From Lama guanicoe (lineage: Eukaryota): a stretch of 64,000 bases of DNA. Positions 12,977-26,120 of this stretch are shown here, piece by piece (position 1 is the stretch's first letter; each line of letters begins with the position of its first letter). Location: NCBI GenBank assembly GCA_013239625.1, contig MU053881.1:10778873-10842872 (forward strand). Direction: 5' to 3'. The notes under the pieces were generated by a model. The model did not search any database. It worked only from the letters and a program-made list of their open reading frames with translations, and was not told where the DNA came from. The translations under genes were made by a program, and so were the position numbers.

Positions 12977-13612
12977 GGCAATCCCACTCCTGGGCATATA
13001 TCCAGAGGGAGCCTTAATTCAAAAAGATGCATGCATCCCCAAGTTTATAGCAGCACTATTTATAATAGCCAAGACATGGAAGCAACCTAAATGTCCATTG
13101 ACACATGACTAGATACAAAAGCTGTGGTGTATTTATACAATGGAATACTACTCAGCCTTAAAAAATAATAAAATGATGCCATTTGCAGTGACATGGATTG
13201 ACCTGGAGATCATCATTCTAAGTGAAGTAAGCCAGAAAGAGAAAGAAAAAAATATGATATCACTTATATGTGGAATCTAAAAAAAAAAAGATGAATTCAT
13301 TTACAAAACAGAAACAGACTCACAGACACAGAAAACAAACATGGTTACCAGCAGGGAAAGTGGGTGGGAAGGGATAAATTGGGAGTCTGAGATTTGCAGA
13401 TACTAATATATATATAAAGTAGATAAACAACAAGTTTATACTACATAGCACAGGGAACTATATTCAATATTTTGTAGTAACCTACGGTGAAAAAGAATAT
13501 GAAAACAAATATATGTATGTTCGTATATGATTGAAGCATTATGCTGTACACCAGAAATTGACACGGCATTGTACACTGACTATACATATATATAATACAA
13601 AAATTACGAAAA
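12977..13612 (+). mobile_element. Young L1 3' end (ORF2 C-terminus + 3'UTR), camelid type
   Basis: gcaatcccactcctgggcatatatccaga..gcagcactatttataatagccaagacatggaagcaacctaaatgtcca..ggaatactactcagcc..cagggaactatattcaatat..attatgctgtacaccagaaattgacac. Confidence 0.93.
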
Positions 13613-14049
13613 TTGAGTGAAAGGATTTAAATTATGATTGAAATTGGCTAGCCCTACTCTTATCAAAATTGGCAGGAAAAAAAAGTGTGTTTCTCCAAAT
13701 TATAGATGAAAACAATATGTCTGGAAACTTTCTATGACTTTTGTGGCTTGTGAAATATAAGTGCCCTTGTGGTTGAGTAAATAGTAGTTGGATTTTTCAT
13801 ATTAGTTTGAGAAGAAAATGTCTCAGATGATATGGGCACACTTATTCTATAATAATTTCTCAATAAATTTCTAGATTTTAGATTAAGAAAGGGAAAGGTC
13901 TAATATCCTAACATATTTATTTAGGTACAAATATCTATAAATCTTATAAGACATGGATGAGGAAGTGGAAAGGAATAGGAAAAGAAAAAAAAAGAAAAAT
14001 ATACTATATGATCTCGTATTCCACCAAAAATATTGACGGTGTTTGTAAA

Positions 14050-14210
14050 TAAAGGACTTTGATCTGGCAACTGGGGGACGTGGACTCTTGTCCCCACTTT
14101 GTCCTTTACTAACTGCGTGATCATTGGTAAGGGATGTAATTTTTCTGCCTCAATTAAGGTTTTGCTAAATAAGGGACTTGGACTATGTGTTTTCTAAGTC
14201 CTTTCCTGTT
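14050..14210 (+). mobile_element. MIR (MIRc/MIR3-like) fragment
   Basis: tttactaactgcgtgatcattggtaag..tctgcctca..ggacttggactatgtgttttctaagtcctttcc. Confidence 0.65.
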
Positions 14211-14479
14211 TATGAGCAAATGATTTTGTTTCTATTTTAATCTGCAATACTAAATGATGGATGAAATACCTTAATATTGTGGCTCTTCTTTAATGGGTTT
14301 GGAGGGGGAAAAATAATAATGCGATAAAAATATTTTAAATAAAATAGATAAAAACTAAAAGGCCACATTTAGTTTCAATGGTTGATTTCTTAATGGTTTT
14401 AAATAACGGGGATATACAAGATATATATTGAAATGAAATGAAATCAAAATAAAATGAGGACTGAGAATTGAGTTTTGCA

Positions 14480-15560
14480 GAACAGCAGTATGACTCTGAA
14501 GTTCCCTTTTAGTCTCACAAAACAATCAAAATAAAAATAGGAAGAACAGTAAAACCACACAGGATAAACATCTTCAGTATCACTAGGAGACAGAGAATGG
14601 GCAACCTTCAAATTCCTGGAAGCAGAAGGAAAAAAGAAACACCTTTCTACCGCCCCCACCTGTGGTCCCCATCACAAGACCGTAGGCGGGATACACAGAA
14701 GAAAATAACAGAAAGGGACCGAGTTCATAGGAAGCACAGTTAAAAACCACTTTCAGAAATGAGAAGCAAAACAATAAATGTAAAGAGGCAGGACGTCAAA
14801 AATATTCTTGAACGAGGTACCACACTTGCAAAACAAAAATAAAAGAAAGCAGACTGCATCCACACGAAACTACTGTAAAATGCTAGACATGCAAATACAA
14901 AACCTGCTGAAGAAGACTTCCTCCCAGATATGAAGAAAATTTAAACGCAACACCCCAAATTAAATGACCTCATATGAACGTTTTAGAAGTATAAAAACAC
15001 TTGGCTTCAGAAATGCAAAAACCAAAACCAAAAACAAAAACAAAACCTAAAAGGGGAAATGGAAAAACAATAAAATGGGAAGAATTAAAATTAGGGTTGC
15101 TTGAACTAATGGCATACATGGAAGAAAAAGACAAAATTTCACCGGAAATAAAGACTATCTTGGAAGGTAAACAAGAAAGACCAGAATTAAATAACAAGAC
15201 ATTGAAGAAAATCACAAACAACAAGAGAATGAAAATGATTTCAAAAAAGAAGCAAAAAGGGATGAAGAGAAATTGATTGAAATGGAAAACATGTAAAAAA
15301 GCCAGACATTTATGTTATTGATGTCCCTGAGAAAGAAGATAAAAAACATAAAAATGAACTAATATTTAAAATTACAACTCAAGAAGAAAATCTTGAAATT
15401 AAATCTTAATCTACACATTGAAAGTGCTCATGAGTAGGAGGGAAAATCGATCCAGAATAATCAATTCTGAGACATATCCTAGTAAAAGTACTAAACTTAA
15501 AGATAAAGAAAAATCCCCAGAGGCTCAAGACTAAAATATGTTTGCAATCACTTATGTTTG
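14480..15560 (+). mobile_element. Ancient L1 ORF1-like / HAL1-like fragment
   Basis: Lys/Glu-rich coiled-coil-like remnant (ORF 15001-15276) and gttattgatgtccctgag..aatctacacattgaaagtgctca..gagacatatcctagtaaaa..aaagataaagaaaaatcc, typical of ORF1 sequence. Confidence 0.6.
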
Positions 15561-15609
15561 AGAATTAGTTTCACAACATATTTTTCAAATACACACAAAG
15601 AAAGGCAAG

Positions 15610-18600
15610 AGTGGAACTTTTTCATAAATGGTGTTGAAGCCACTGAACAGTCATATGGTAAAGGACAGAATTGGATCCACTGTCACACCACAAAAGCGTA
15701 ATTTCTAAATATGTGAACAATTTAAGTGTAAAGTGGAATCTCACAAGGGCTAGAAAAAGATGGATAATTCCTCTAGAGCTTCAATGTAGGATAAGACTTT
15801 CTAACCGTAACTAAGAATCCATATGAAATAAAAGAAAATATCAATAAAATTTACTTACTTAATTAAAAAGAAACATGGTAAAAATAAAACACTATCCAAA
15901 GACAAGTAAATATATTTGTAACATTTATCAGAGATTAAGGGTTAATAGTCATGTTTATAAAAACTTTGAAAATTTGAGGCTAATAGGACCAAGAACCCTA
16001 TATTGGAATGAACAAAATATATGAACACACTATTCACAAAAAGAGATGTAATAATGGCCATTAGACCTATGAACAGATATTCAATATCATTTAGAAGAAG
16101 ATAAATACAAATTCAGTGACACCGAGGAACCATTTCTCTTGCATCAGACTGGCAAAAATTTAAAACATTGACAATAACCTCTGTTGGCAGGACTGAGGGG
16201 AAATAGGCCCTTTCATACATCGGTGATGGAAATGTAAATGGCCTGACTTCTGTAGGAGGAATTTGGCAATATCCAGCAAAATATCACAACCACATCTACT
16301 CTTCAATCCAGTAATTCTACTTCCAGCAATTTATCCTGAAGATTCACTTCTAAAAATATAAACATGTACAAATAGGAGTTATTCATTGCAGTATTTGTGA
16401 TTACAAAATACTGTGAGTACTCAGATTTTCAAGTATAAGAGATTGGTTTAATAAACTAAGGTATTTGTAATAAATTATGGAGTACTTCGCAGCTATAACC
16501 ATGAATGAAAAATATTTCCATGAATAATATGGAGTAACTTCCAGAAGATAATTTAAGTGGGAAAAAGTACAAAAAGCATGTAGTACATTACATTTTGTGT
16601 AAGAAAGAGAAAAAAGTTATATATATATTTATACATATGCATATTTATATATTTACTTTTCATTAGAAAAAAATATGTTTACTTTTCATTATAAAATGCA
16701 GCAAAGAAAGAAAGCCAAAAAAGACAAGGTAGTTGGTTATCTACAAGACGTAGGGAATGTGGTGAAAGAGACAGGGCAGGAATAATATTTCTGTGACTGA
16801 AAGTATTATGTATCTTTTGGAAGTTATATTAATAGTCTATACTTTAAAAATTAAACTTTATTGTTTGCTTCAAATAAGAATGGGGAGGCTGAAATGTTTT
16901 AAAACTAGGAGGAAATCAAAAGAGTCTAATTTTATGGCAGATAAAATATAATCACACAGACAGAAAGGATGGAAGGAAGGAAAGAAGGAAGGACAGAGGG
17001 AGGGAGGGAGAAGTCCTAATTCCAATAACTAAGGACCACAGTATTAATCTACATACTTTCTGTATGAGGAGCCCAGGTGGAAGTCTAAACTTTTTTTTTT
17101 TTAGTAGCTTTGCTTATTGTAGTGGTTTGCACATAAAAATTCCAAAACTATTTTAGAATCCTGAATTACGTCTACTAGTTTAGATGTATTATATGATTGA
17201 GCAAAAGAATAAATGTATTGAGGCTGTAGGAAGCCAGGATTCTCACTACAGGGAGACTGGAAACACATATAAGAAATGGGGTAAAGGAAGAAAGCATCTT
17301 GTGAGACTGGTTTGGGATTAAAGGTATAGCTGTGAATACGTAATTTCTAAAATATGTATCTATTTGTCAATTAATGTTGACAAGCACATGTAGGTGCGCA
17401 TGTGTGTAAGTAGAAGTATTTATATGTGTAAGCATATATGTATATGCACGCATGTATTTCCTAGCCCTGACTGCTAAAAGGGCTAAGAAGCCAAGATGCC
17501 TCAGTAGCAATGAACACATCTTGTCCCCGAAACTTGATCGCTACCCTCAGACCCCACCACAGGGAACCAGAGCTGCTAAGAGAAACGGCTGATTCCAAAG
17601 GCAGTGCCGGGCAGGGACAAAATGAACCTGGAACATCATGTTACGCCAGCAAGCAAGGAAGTGCTTAAAAAATGGTGAGGTCGTATCACAAGAACTCAGG
17701 AACTAGACTGAAGGGGTTCCCCATGGCCAAATCAGATACTGTTAGCACCAAAGTGATGGTATAGTAATGGACTGTAAGCCAACAAGACGTAAGAAATGCT
17801 GAGTCCCTAATACCTAATAATAAATAGATCGATAAATGAGAGAGTAGGAAGAGACCCTACTTACAGTAAAATGCTGAAGGACGACTGGTAAATGTGGAAA
17901 GAAGGATGAAGTTGGGAAAACATCATTTTGCAACAATCATGGTAAAGCTTGAATCAGGCAACATTATCATGGATGCTGAGTCTGGGGGAAAATTTTGAAG
18001 GAGAACAGGAAAAATTCATAAATTTCCATTAACGTTTCTCTTCACAGACTGTTTATTAGTTGGCGGGAGAAAAAAATAATAACAGTAATCATGAAATGGA
18101 GAAATCTGATGACACTTTGAATGTGTGAGCAAAATTAAAATAACCAATGAGGGACAGATGGACGTCGCGTGCCTCCAGATGTGATGCTGAGAGATGAACG
18201 TGATATTATTTATTTCAACCAAAAGGAAGGAATGTTGTTTTTTATTAACAAAAATCATGTGTGGCAGGATATATTTGATTTTTAAGAAATATCCATGCCA
18301 TGAAAGACATAAACTTGTGGAAATGTTTCAGAATAAGTAGGCTAAAGAGAGATGATAGTGACATGGACTCACTCACTCTAGTCTAGATCCTGTACTTGGG
18401 CAGTGGCAGGGGATGGAGTGGAGATGGGGCAGGTACAGACATGATCTGTTGATAAATTTGGAGTATGAATGTTAGATTAGGTAAAATTATGATTTTTATA
18501 TAAATGTATGAAGAGGATAACTACGCTATGGTAATATAAGAAAACATTTCTTTTCTTAGGAAATACGCAATGAAGTATTTAGGGTTAATGGGCCATTGAT

Positions 18601-18856
18601 GATATACGTATATATGTAACATAACCTCTAATGCGTGGGAGAAAAAATTACGGGGTGGATGCATGTGTGTGTCTCTGTGTGGTGGGGAATAGGGACAGTG
18701 GGAGAAGGATGAGACACAGAGACAGAGAGGAAGCAAATGGGATAAAAAGTGAGCAGTCAGAGAACATAAGCAAAGGATTTATGGTATGCTTTGCACTATT
18801 GTTACCGTTAGAACTTTTGTAAGTTTGAAATTATTTCCAAATTAAAAAAAAAAAAG
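15610..18856 (+). mobile_element. Old L1 3' region (L1ME/L1MC-type ORF2 end plus long 3'UTR)
   Basis: ttttcataaatggtgttg; catcagactggcaaaaattt; ggaatttggcaatatc; cagtagcaatgaacacatc; ttcttaggaaatacgcaatgaagtatttaggg; terminus ttttgtaagtttgaaattatttccaaattaaaaaaaa. May comprise more than one element. Confidence 0.8.
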
Positions 18857-19419
18857 CATCAACCATTTGGCAACACAGAAGTTTACTGATGACCTGGTCA
18901 CGGTAATTTATGAAGGTGTGGCAGGATGAAGACCACACTGAGGTAGGCTTTAAAACTTTGAGTAAAAAAGTATTTTTCAAGAAGTTTTGCTGCCCAGTAG
19001 AGCACAGAAGTGGATTTTATAGCTGGTAGGAGGGGGTAGAGTTAAGAAAAGTTTTCATCAAAAGTGGGACTAAAAACAGCCTGTTATAAGTAGATTATTC
19101 TTTGGAGAATAAAAAGTAATAATGTAAGAAAGTGAAAGCTAGTGAGAAATGAACAAGTCATTTACTGAAGGCCTGTAATATCCTACATAATACTTTAGGT
19201 ACTAGGGATGGAGTAGTGGACAAGACACAGTGACTTCCTGCCTTCAATGTAAAAAAAAAAAGTATGAGTAATAAGCAAGTATATTTCTGGAGCTTCTCCT
19301 TGCTATGAACAACATGCAACAGGGATAGTTCTAGAGTGTAAATGAGATGAAGTGGAAGCTCTTTGAGTCTGGGTCATTAAAGTAGGTATTGCTGAGTTGA
19401 CATTTAAATTACAGTCTAA

Positions 19420-19565
19420 CTGATTCAAACATTCATTCAACAAATATTTGTTGAGGACCTACTGTATGCTAGGTGTCCTTGTAGGTGCTAGAGAGACAGC
19501 AGAAAACAAAACATAAAAAATCCTATTCTATCAAGTTTTATGTTCTTTTAGGGGAATAGAGCAAA
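19420..19565 (-). mobile_element. L2 3' end
   Basis: attcattcaacaaatatttgttgaggacctactgtatgctagg..gtaggtgctagagagacagc is the antisense L2 tail. Confidence 0.8.
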
Positions 19566-20152
19566 AAGAAAATCAAGTGTATATAAAAGGGAAAATATTC
19601 TAAACAGGGAAGAAACTAAGGCTCAGGGAGATGAATGAAAGACTGAAGATGTGACAGTTAAGAGGTCAAATCTTCAAGGTATGGATGGGGTTAAAGAATA
19701 GATTCAGGGCAAGTAATTAATAAGGAGGCTAAGGGAACGTAAAAATAGGAGGCTCGGTCAGAAAAAAAAGAATGTTTGGATATCAGATTTGAATGGTAAA
19801 TCAGACAAGATCTAGGGAACAGTTATGGATATGAAACTGGATAGAGGTGAAAATTAACAGAGATGAACATGGAAAAGAACTGAGACATCACAATGTTTGG
19901 CTGTTCAAAATCATGGGGTACAAAGAAGGTGAGAGCTGGGTTAGGATGGAGAGTAAGACCAATTGCAAAAGGCTTCAACCAATGAAGAGAAATGTCCATG
20001 ACAGTGATGAAGAGAGAGCAGTTGATGGCAATAATTCTTAAAGGAGGTGGGGATGTTCCAGAAGGTTAGAAGAGCAGACAAGTCATGTCTTGGAAGTCAC
20101 ATTAAAGAGTGATGTCCTTAATGCCAGCCAGGTTTCAGACCAGTCATGGGTG

Positions 20153-20282
20153 TGGTGACCATTTAACTTAATATACAAATAGGGATGCTTTCCTGAGTGC
20201 AAGGAAGAATTATTAATAGTAGGCTGAGATCCCAGGCATAAACTGGAACTATTCTGGGCAGCTCTGGGTATTTGTTCACCCT
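20153..20282. mobile_element. MER94-like hAT-Blackjack MITE
   Basis: Termini ggtgaccat ... ttgttcaccct. Internal tattaata..caggcataaactggaactattctgggca fits the ~130-bp MER94 consensus as recalled. Confidence 0.7.
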
Positions 20283-21269
20283 AATCACAGAGTGGAGGAG
20301 CATTTAGTCAAAATGTTGAGGAATTGAAGATTTGTGTACCTATGAACATTTTTGAATTAATAAATAGGAAATATGTACATTTTATTAGAGATATTTTGTA
20401 AATATCTGCCAATGAAAGAAAAAAAAAACTTTGTCCAAGTTAGCATCTTGCAAAAGAGTCACAGACATGTAGAGCCTCTGTGAGGAAGACATGCAGATAT
20501 ATACAATGTAGAGTCATAATTAAAAAAAAAAGTTTTAACTGCCAATATACTATAAGCAAAATAGCACATTTCAAACTATGGTTGTATTACGTGACTTAAG
20601 ATAAGAACGTGAAACTAAGGAAGTGTGAACTTTTAAGACATCTCATGAGCAGGTAATACAGCAAAATACAAGTCTGTGAGTTACAAGATACAAGTTATCT
20701 ATGAGTTTTAAAAATATTTTTTATTGGACACAGAACACTGGGTCTAGACATATCCATCAAGGTTGACAGGATATTAATCACTTTATGTAACATTTATTTT
20801 TAATAGCAGTAATAAGGAAAGTGGCCATACTTGTACTTTTTGCTTAATTCTCTTAAACTCCATCTTTAAAAGAAAAGACAGAAATTTGAGGCGAGGCTGT
20901 AGACTCTCTCCAAACGTCTTGGTCTTGCTGATGTATCCAGCAACCAGGATTAATGAGAAAATGTTTGCAGCCACCAGAAACTACATGCTATTCCGTGATA
21001 TGTTAAGCTTCACATCCCATTTGAGGCCATTTAAATGGTAACAGAGTGAAGCTGAGTCGATAGGCTGTTAAAAATTCTTCATTAACTCTTCTCTCTTTAG
21101 GAATGGCTTCTTTCATTGGCTATTTCAGAGCTTATTTCTTCAGTGCATTAGATTTTCTATCACACCACTTAGGCTGGGAGTTGATTGGGAACAAAAGAAA
21201 AAAAGAAATACAACCCCCAAGGAGAAAAGGAGAAAGGACTGTGATCTATCTTCCTCAGGCACCATTTCT

Positions 21270-21592
21270 GGAGGAAGGTCCAAGGTTTTCATTTGTTTCC
21301 TCTCTCCCTTCTTCTTTAAAACTTCGGCAGTACCCCTCACAGATCCACCATCTGCCTAGCTCCATTCTCCCTTTCTTTTGTAATTTAGTATATATATATA
21401 TATATTTGTATTTATTTATATATTTATACAGTATGTATTTTTCTTATTATGATTATTGCTTATTGTCTGTTTTTTTCCCCCACTAGGATTTCAGTTTCTT
21501 GAGAGTAAGAGTCATTGTTTTGTTTATCAATGTACCAAAGTGTCTAGGACAGTTCCTTATGGAACTCCAAATAGATATGTGTTGAATGAATA
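21270..21592 (+). mobile_element. L2 3' end
   Basis: tttcttgagagtaagagtcattg..gtgtctaggacagttcc..atgtgttgaatgaata. Confidence 0.7.
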
Positions 21593-22522
21593 CATTTTCC
21601 TTAAAATCACATCACTGCATTTGTCAGGAGAGCCACATCATCAACAAACTGATAGATCAGTAAACATTAGAAGAATGGCTAAAATCAGATGAATTAAAGG
21701 CTTTATGGGGATATAACCTACCTTTTTCTTAAATGGATGTATAAAAATAATAGGTGTTACAGGTTTTCCCTACATGTGGGCGAATGGGAGAAGGCAAAAT
21801 CCTATTTCAACAGCTAGGACCACGAAAATGGTTTTGTAAAAAACAATTTAAAATCCTGCTACCCAGTTAACAATGCCAAGCAAAATTCTAACAATAAAAC
21901 ACCATTGTAACTAAATAATATGGATTATGTTAATAATTCTTTGGAATTGTATCCACATCGACAAGCATTTGTTGTGTATCTAATATAAACTCGGAACTGA
22001 GCTAATACTGAGCAAACAATGTGGGTATTATTGGTTTCAATCCTCAAAGAACTTACACTTCCAGGCAGACATCATGAGTTCCTAAACAATGAATACTGCA
22101 TAATGAAGAAAAGGGAATGACTGAGGTTTTCAACTGACTGGACACAGCTAATGAGGACACTGTTAGTTTAATAATAATGATAATAATAACATAGGTTAGA
22201 AGATCGAGTTTGAGGATAAAAACAGTGTGATCGGTTGAGGTGGGGTAAGGCTAAAATGCACCTAAGGGAGAGGATTCTAGTAGATCAAAATACAGTGTGA
22301 TACCTAGACACACACTAGAAGAGTGGACAGTTCGGACTGTACCTGTGAATAAGACCCCTCTAAGAGAATGCATAAAGGAGAAAGATACAAGGATTGGAGG
22401 AGATGTTTATGAAAGAGAAGATCTAAACATAAAGGTAAGATTATAATCAGCTTTAATAGAAAAAGGAGTAATTAAGTGTCAGGCTATGGGATGAAATAAA
22501 ATAAGAATTAAAGATAGCATGT

Positions 22523-22880
22523 TATATGTGGAATTAAAAAAAGGCAAATGAACTTATTTACTAGACAGAAAGAGACTTACAGGCATAGAAAACAAACTTA
22601 TGGTTATCAGTGGGAAGAGGGTGGAAAGGGATAAATTGGGAGTTTGAGATTTGCAGGTACTAATATATATAAAATAGATAAACAACAAGTTCATACTGTA
22701 CAGCACAGGGAACTATATTCAATATCTTGTAGTAACTTATGGTGAAAATATAAAAATGAATATATGTATGTTCATGTATGACTGAAGCATTATTTATGCG
22801 CTACACCAGAAATTGACACCTTATAAACTGGCTATATTTCAATAAAAATATATATATACAAAATAAAAATGAAAAAAATT
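22523..22880 (+). mobile_element. Young L1 3' end (head of the putative transduction)
   Basis: tatatgtggaatt..atagaaaacaaacttatggtta..gggataaattgggagtttgagatttgcag..cagggaactatattcaatatcttgtagtaac..tatatttcaataaaaa; same family as 12977-13612. Confidence 0.92.
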
Positions 22881-22888
22881 AAGAACAG

Positions 22889-23545
22889 AAAGATCCATGC
22901 CCCCAGTGTTCATAGCAGCACTATTTACAATTGCCAAGATATGGAAATAACTGGTGTCCGTTGACAGATGAATGCATAAAGAAGTGCATACACACACACA
23001 CTATGTGTACACACGGTGGAATACTATTCAGCCATAAAAAAGACATCTTACCATTTGCAACAACTTGGATGGATCTTGAGGGCACAGGGCTAAGTAAAAT
23101 AAGTTAGAGAAAGACAAATACCATATAATCTCATTTACATTTGGAATCTAAACAAACAAATAAAGAAACAAAGAAAAAAACAAGCTCATAGATACAGAGA
23201 AGGGACTGGTGGTTGCCAGGGGTGAGGGTGGGAGGGGGTGTGAAAAATGGCTGAAGGGAATCAAAAGGTACCAACTTTCAGGTATGAGATAACTAAGTCA
23301 CGGGAATATAATGCACAGCATGGTGACTATAGTTAATAATACTCTATTACATATTTGAAAGTTGCTAAGAGAGCAGATTTTAAAAGTTCTCATTGCAAGA
23401 AAGAAATTCTGTAACCATATGGTGACAGATACAAACTAGATGTATTGTGGTGATCATTTCACAATATACACACATATCGAATCATTATGTTGTATACCAG
23501 AAACTAATATAATGTTATATGTCAATTATACTTCAAGAAACAAAA
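22889..23545 (+). mobile_element. L1MA9-like 3' end
   Basis: gttcatagcagcactatttacaattgccaagatatggaaa..catggtgactatagttaataat..tttgaaagttgctaagagag..tgtggtgatcatttcacaatata..aatgttatatgtcaattata. Confidence 0.85.
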
Positions 23546-25191
23546 GACATATCTTTTTGGATTTTAGTGATGGACAGAAGCCTCATCATATATGTTAATG
23601 CTACTACAAAATGTATACAGAATGTGGGCCAACTATATTATAATTCAAGGGCCAATGACCTTGACTGTTCCTTGAACCAATGTCAATAATAAATTAAATC
23701 TGTTCTGTATGGACAAAAAAAGAAAAAAAAATAGCATGTGGTGGTTAGTCATTTCCTGATGACTTTTACAGTAGCCTTTCCACTCATGGAAATGTGAAAG
23801 GAAAATGGACGTTTTTAATGATAAATCTGATACAGGGGTTCAGTGGCCACATGGCTCCATAAAACGGACGTACCCAGTTTTCTTTACTGATAAATATCTC
23901 AGTTTACTTATGTTCTATGCGCTGGCATAATCTAAATGCTTAGGGAAATGAGTGTCTTGAAGAGTTAATGAACTTCCTTAAGCACCTGAGTGATAAACTC
24001 ACTGGGGAAAACAAGATACCATATGCCTATTTGGGAAATTCATAATGCACGTAATTATTCACATTACAGTGTCACGTATGAGTGAATTCTCACTAACAAG
24101 TCTAAGATTAGGCCTCCCATAATACAGTATTATCTAAAGAAGAAAGACTAGGTAAATTAGTTATGAAGAAACCAACTTTCAAGTCCTCCTCCAAAGTTAA
24201 CATAACAGAATGAAGAGCAAGGAACAATTTTAGTCAGAAGCAATCAAGGAGAATATTATAAGTAATAAAGTACACATTTTAATTGCAAGCAAAACCACAT
24301 TTTATTTTAGGAACAAAGGTAAAAATTTTTAATCATATTCCCACACCCTCCTTTTTTTTTTTTTTCCTCTTGCAATTTCACAGTTTGGTTTTTTTGAATG
24401 TCATGATATTTGAAGTTAATTTTCTAAATTTCTATGAACACAAATGAAATAAAAGCAGATTATTCTGATAATTTTTTTTTCTTTGTCACCTTTTCAAATT
24501 GGAATTCATGTATATTAGGTGAAAGATGTTGTAGACAAAGATTGTTAGTGGGGCTCCTGGGGCCTTTTTTTCTGGTTTTGAATTCCTGGCAAACAGATTG
24601 CTGCCGTTCTGACAGTAAAAATAGCAGATGGGATTAATTAAGTGGGTGACAACTCTTCAGACCTACCTAAATTAATATTTTTCTCCAAACAATGTATTCT
24701 GATTATCATAAAACTAAGTGACGTTTATAGAAATAGATTTTGGTCCCACTGATTTTCAAAATGTATTGGGAGCTTTTTTTTTTTCCCTTTATAAGAGCTG
24801 GCTTAGTCTGTTATTTGCATGTTAATCTCTCTAATCATTTTCTTGAAGGAAGCAATCATATCCAAGGAAATACATCTTGTTTGTAATGCTAGAGTTTGTC
24901 CTGACCTCAGACACTCCTTCCTCTGCAAGAATAAAAGGTGCACAAGATTAATTTATTCACAGAAATTCTTCTCAAACCCAAACCTCCAAGGAGCAATTAA
25001 TTATCTTCTGTATGAAAACTGCAAATCAACACATCAATATTACATTTTCACCAGGGCTGTTTAAACTATACAGGGTCTTACGGAAAAAGGTCATTTTGTT
25101 TAAAAAAAGTACCATATTTTATCAAATCCAGTACACCATAGACTGACAGAAAAATCGTAATTTCATAGATCTTAAAGTATATATACCCATC

Positions 25192-25207
25192 TTCTCTCTC
25201 TCTCTCC

Positions 25208-25262
<55 letters not shown>
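25192..25262. repeat. Compound (TC)n(TA)n(CA)n microsatellite
   Basis: Direct reading. Confidence 0.95.
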
Positions 25263-25264
<2 letters not shown>

Positions 25265-25933
25265 GTTCAGAAAGGAAAATCTCTTATTTCATAGTAAATG
25301 TACATATATATAGTATACAGATATTTCATAGAATATGAGCTATACATATGTATATATTTATATTCAATGAAACTTACTATTTTCTATGAAATCATATATA
25401 CTATATATATTATATATACATAGAAATTCTGTGAAATATGGGAATTTTAAGACCCATTTGCAGGAGTGACATTTAAATAACACCTTCCACAGGATTGCAA
25501 AAACTAGTATAACACTTTTGTTAGTAAGAGGCATAACTTTTAATTTGGGGCCATTTCATGTCTGACATGATTAACTCTCTTTACATTGAGAGACACTAAC
25601 ATGAAAAGCATTATGAATTCATTCATTTGTTGTGTAAATACTATTGAGAACTGTCTTCTTTCTCACTCAACTGCAGTGTCCTAGCTATGAAGCTGAGTAG
25701 GAAATAAATTTTCTTTCAAGCCAAGAAAAAGCTTTGTTCAGCCCGTGAGAAATGACATTTAATTGACTGATTAGATTTCCCTCCGTGCTTTGATGGCCAA
25801 GGAGCATAGTATCATATTTGTTGCTAATTTTTATAACATTTAGAAACATTGTCTTATCTGAATTCTAACTTTTCCTTTGGTATTGAGGTCCTGTTTTACT
25901 TTAGAATTCCATTTGATAATTTTTTCTAAAGTT

Positions 25934-26120
25934 GTATATACATACAAGTGTGTGTATATATATATATACACACACACACACATACACACATATATAAACA
26001 CATATATAATTTATTAATTTAAAATTATGATTCTTTTAATCTATAGGCATATATACATATATAGAAGTGAATGTACCTTCTATATATGTATATATACCTA
26101 TAGATTTTATATATATATAA
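25934..26120. repeat. (TA)/(CA)-rich low-complexity tract
   Basis: Direct reading. Confidence 0.8.

Noticed and set aside
15001..15276. Lys-rich ORF MASEMQKPKPK...
   Set aside because: A-rich decayed L1 ORF1/HAL1-like remnant, not a host gene.
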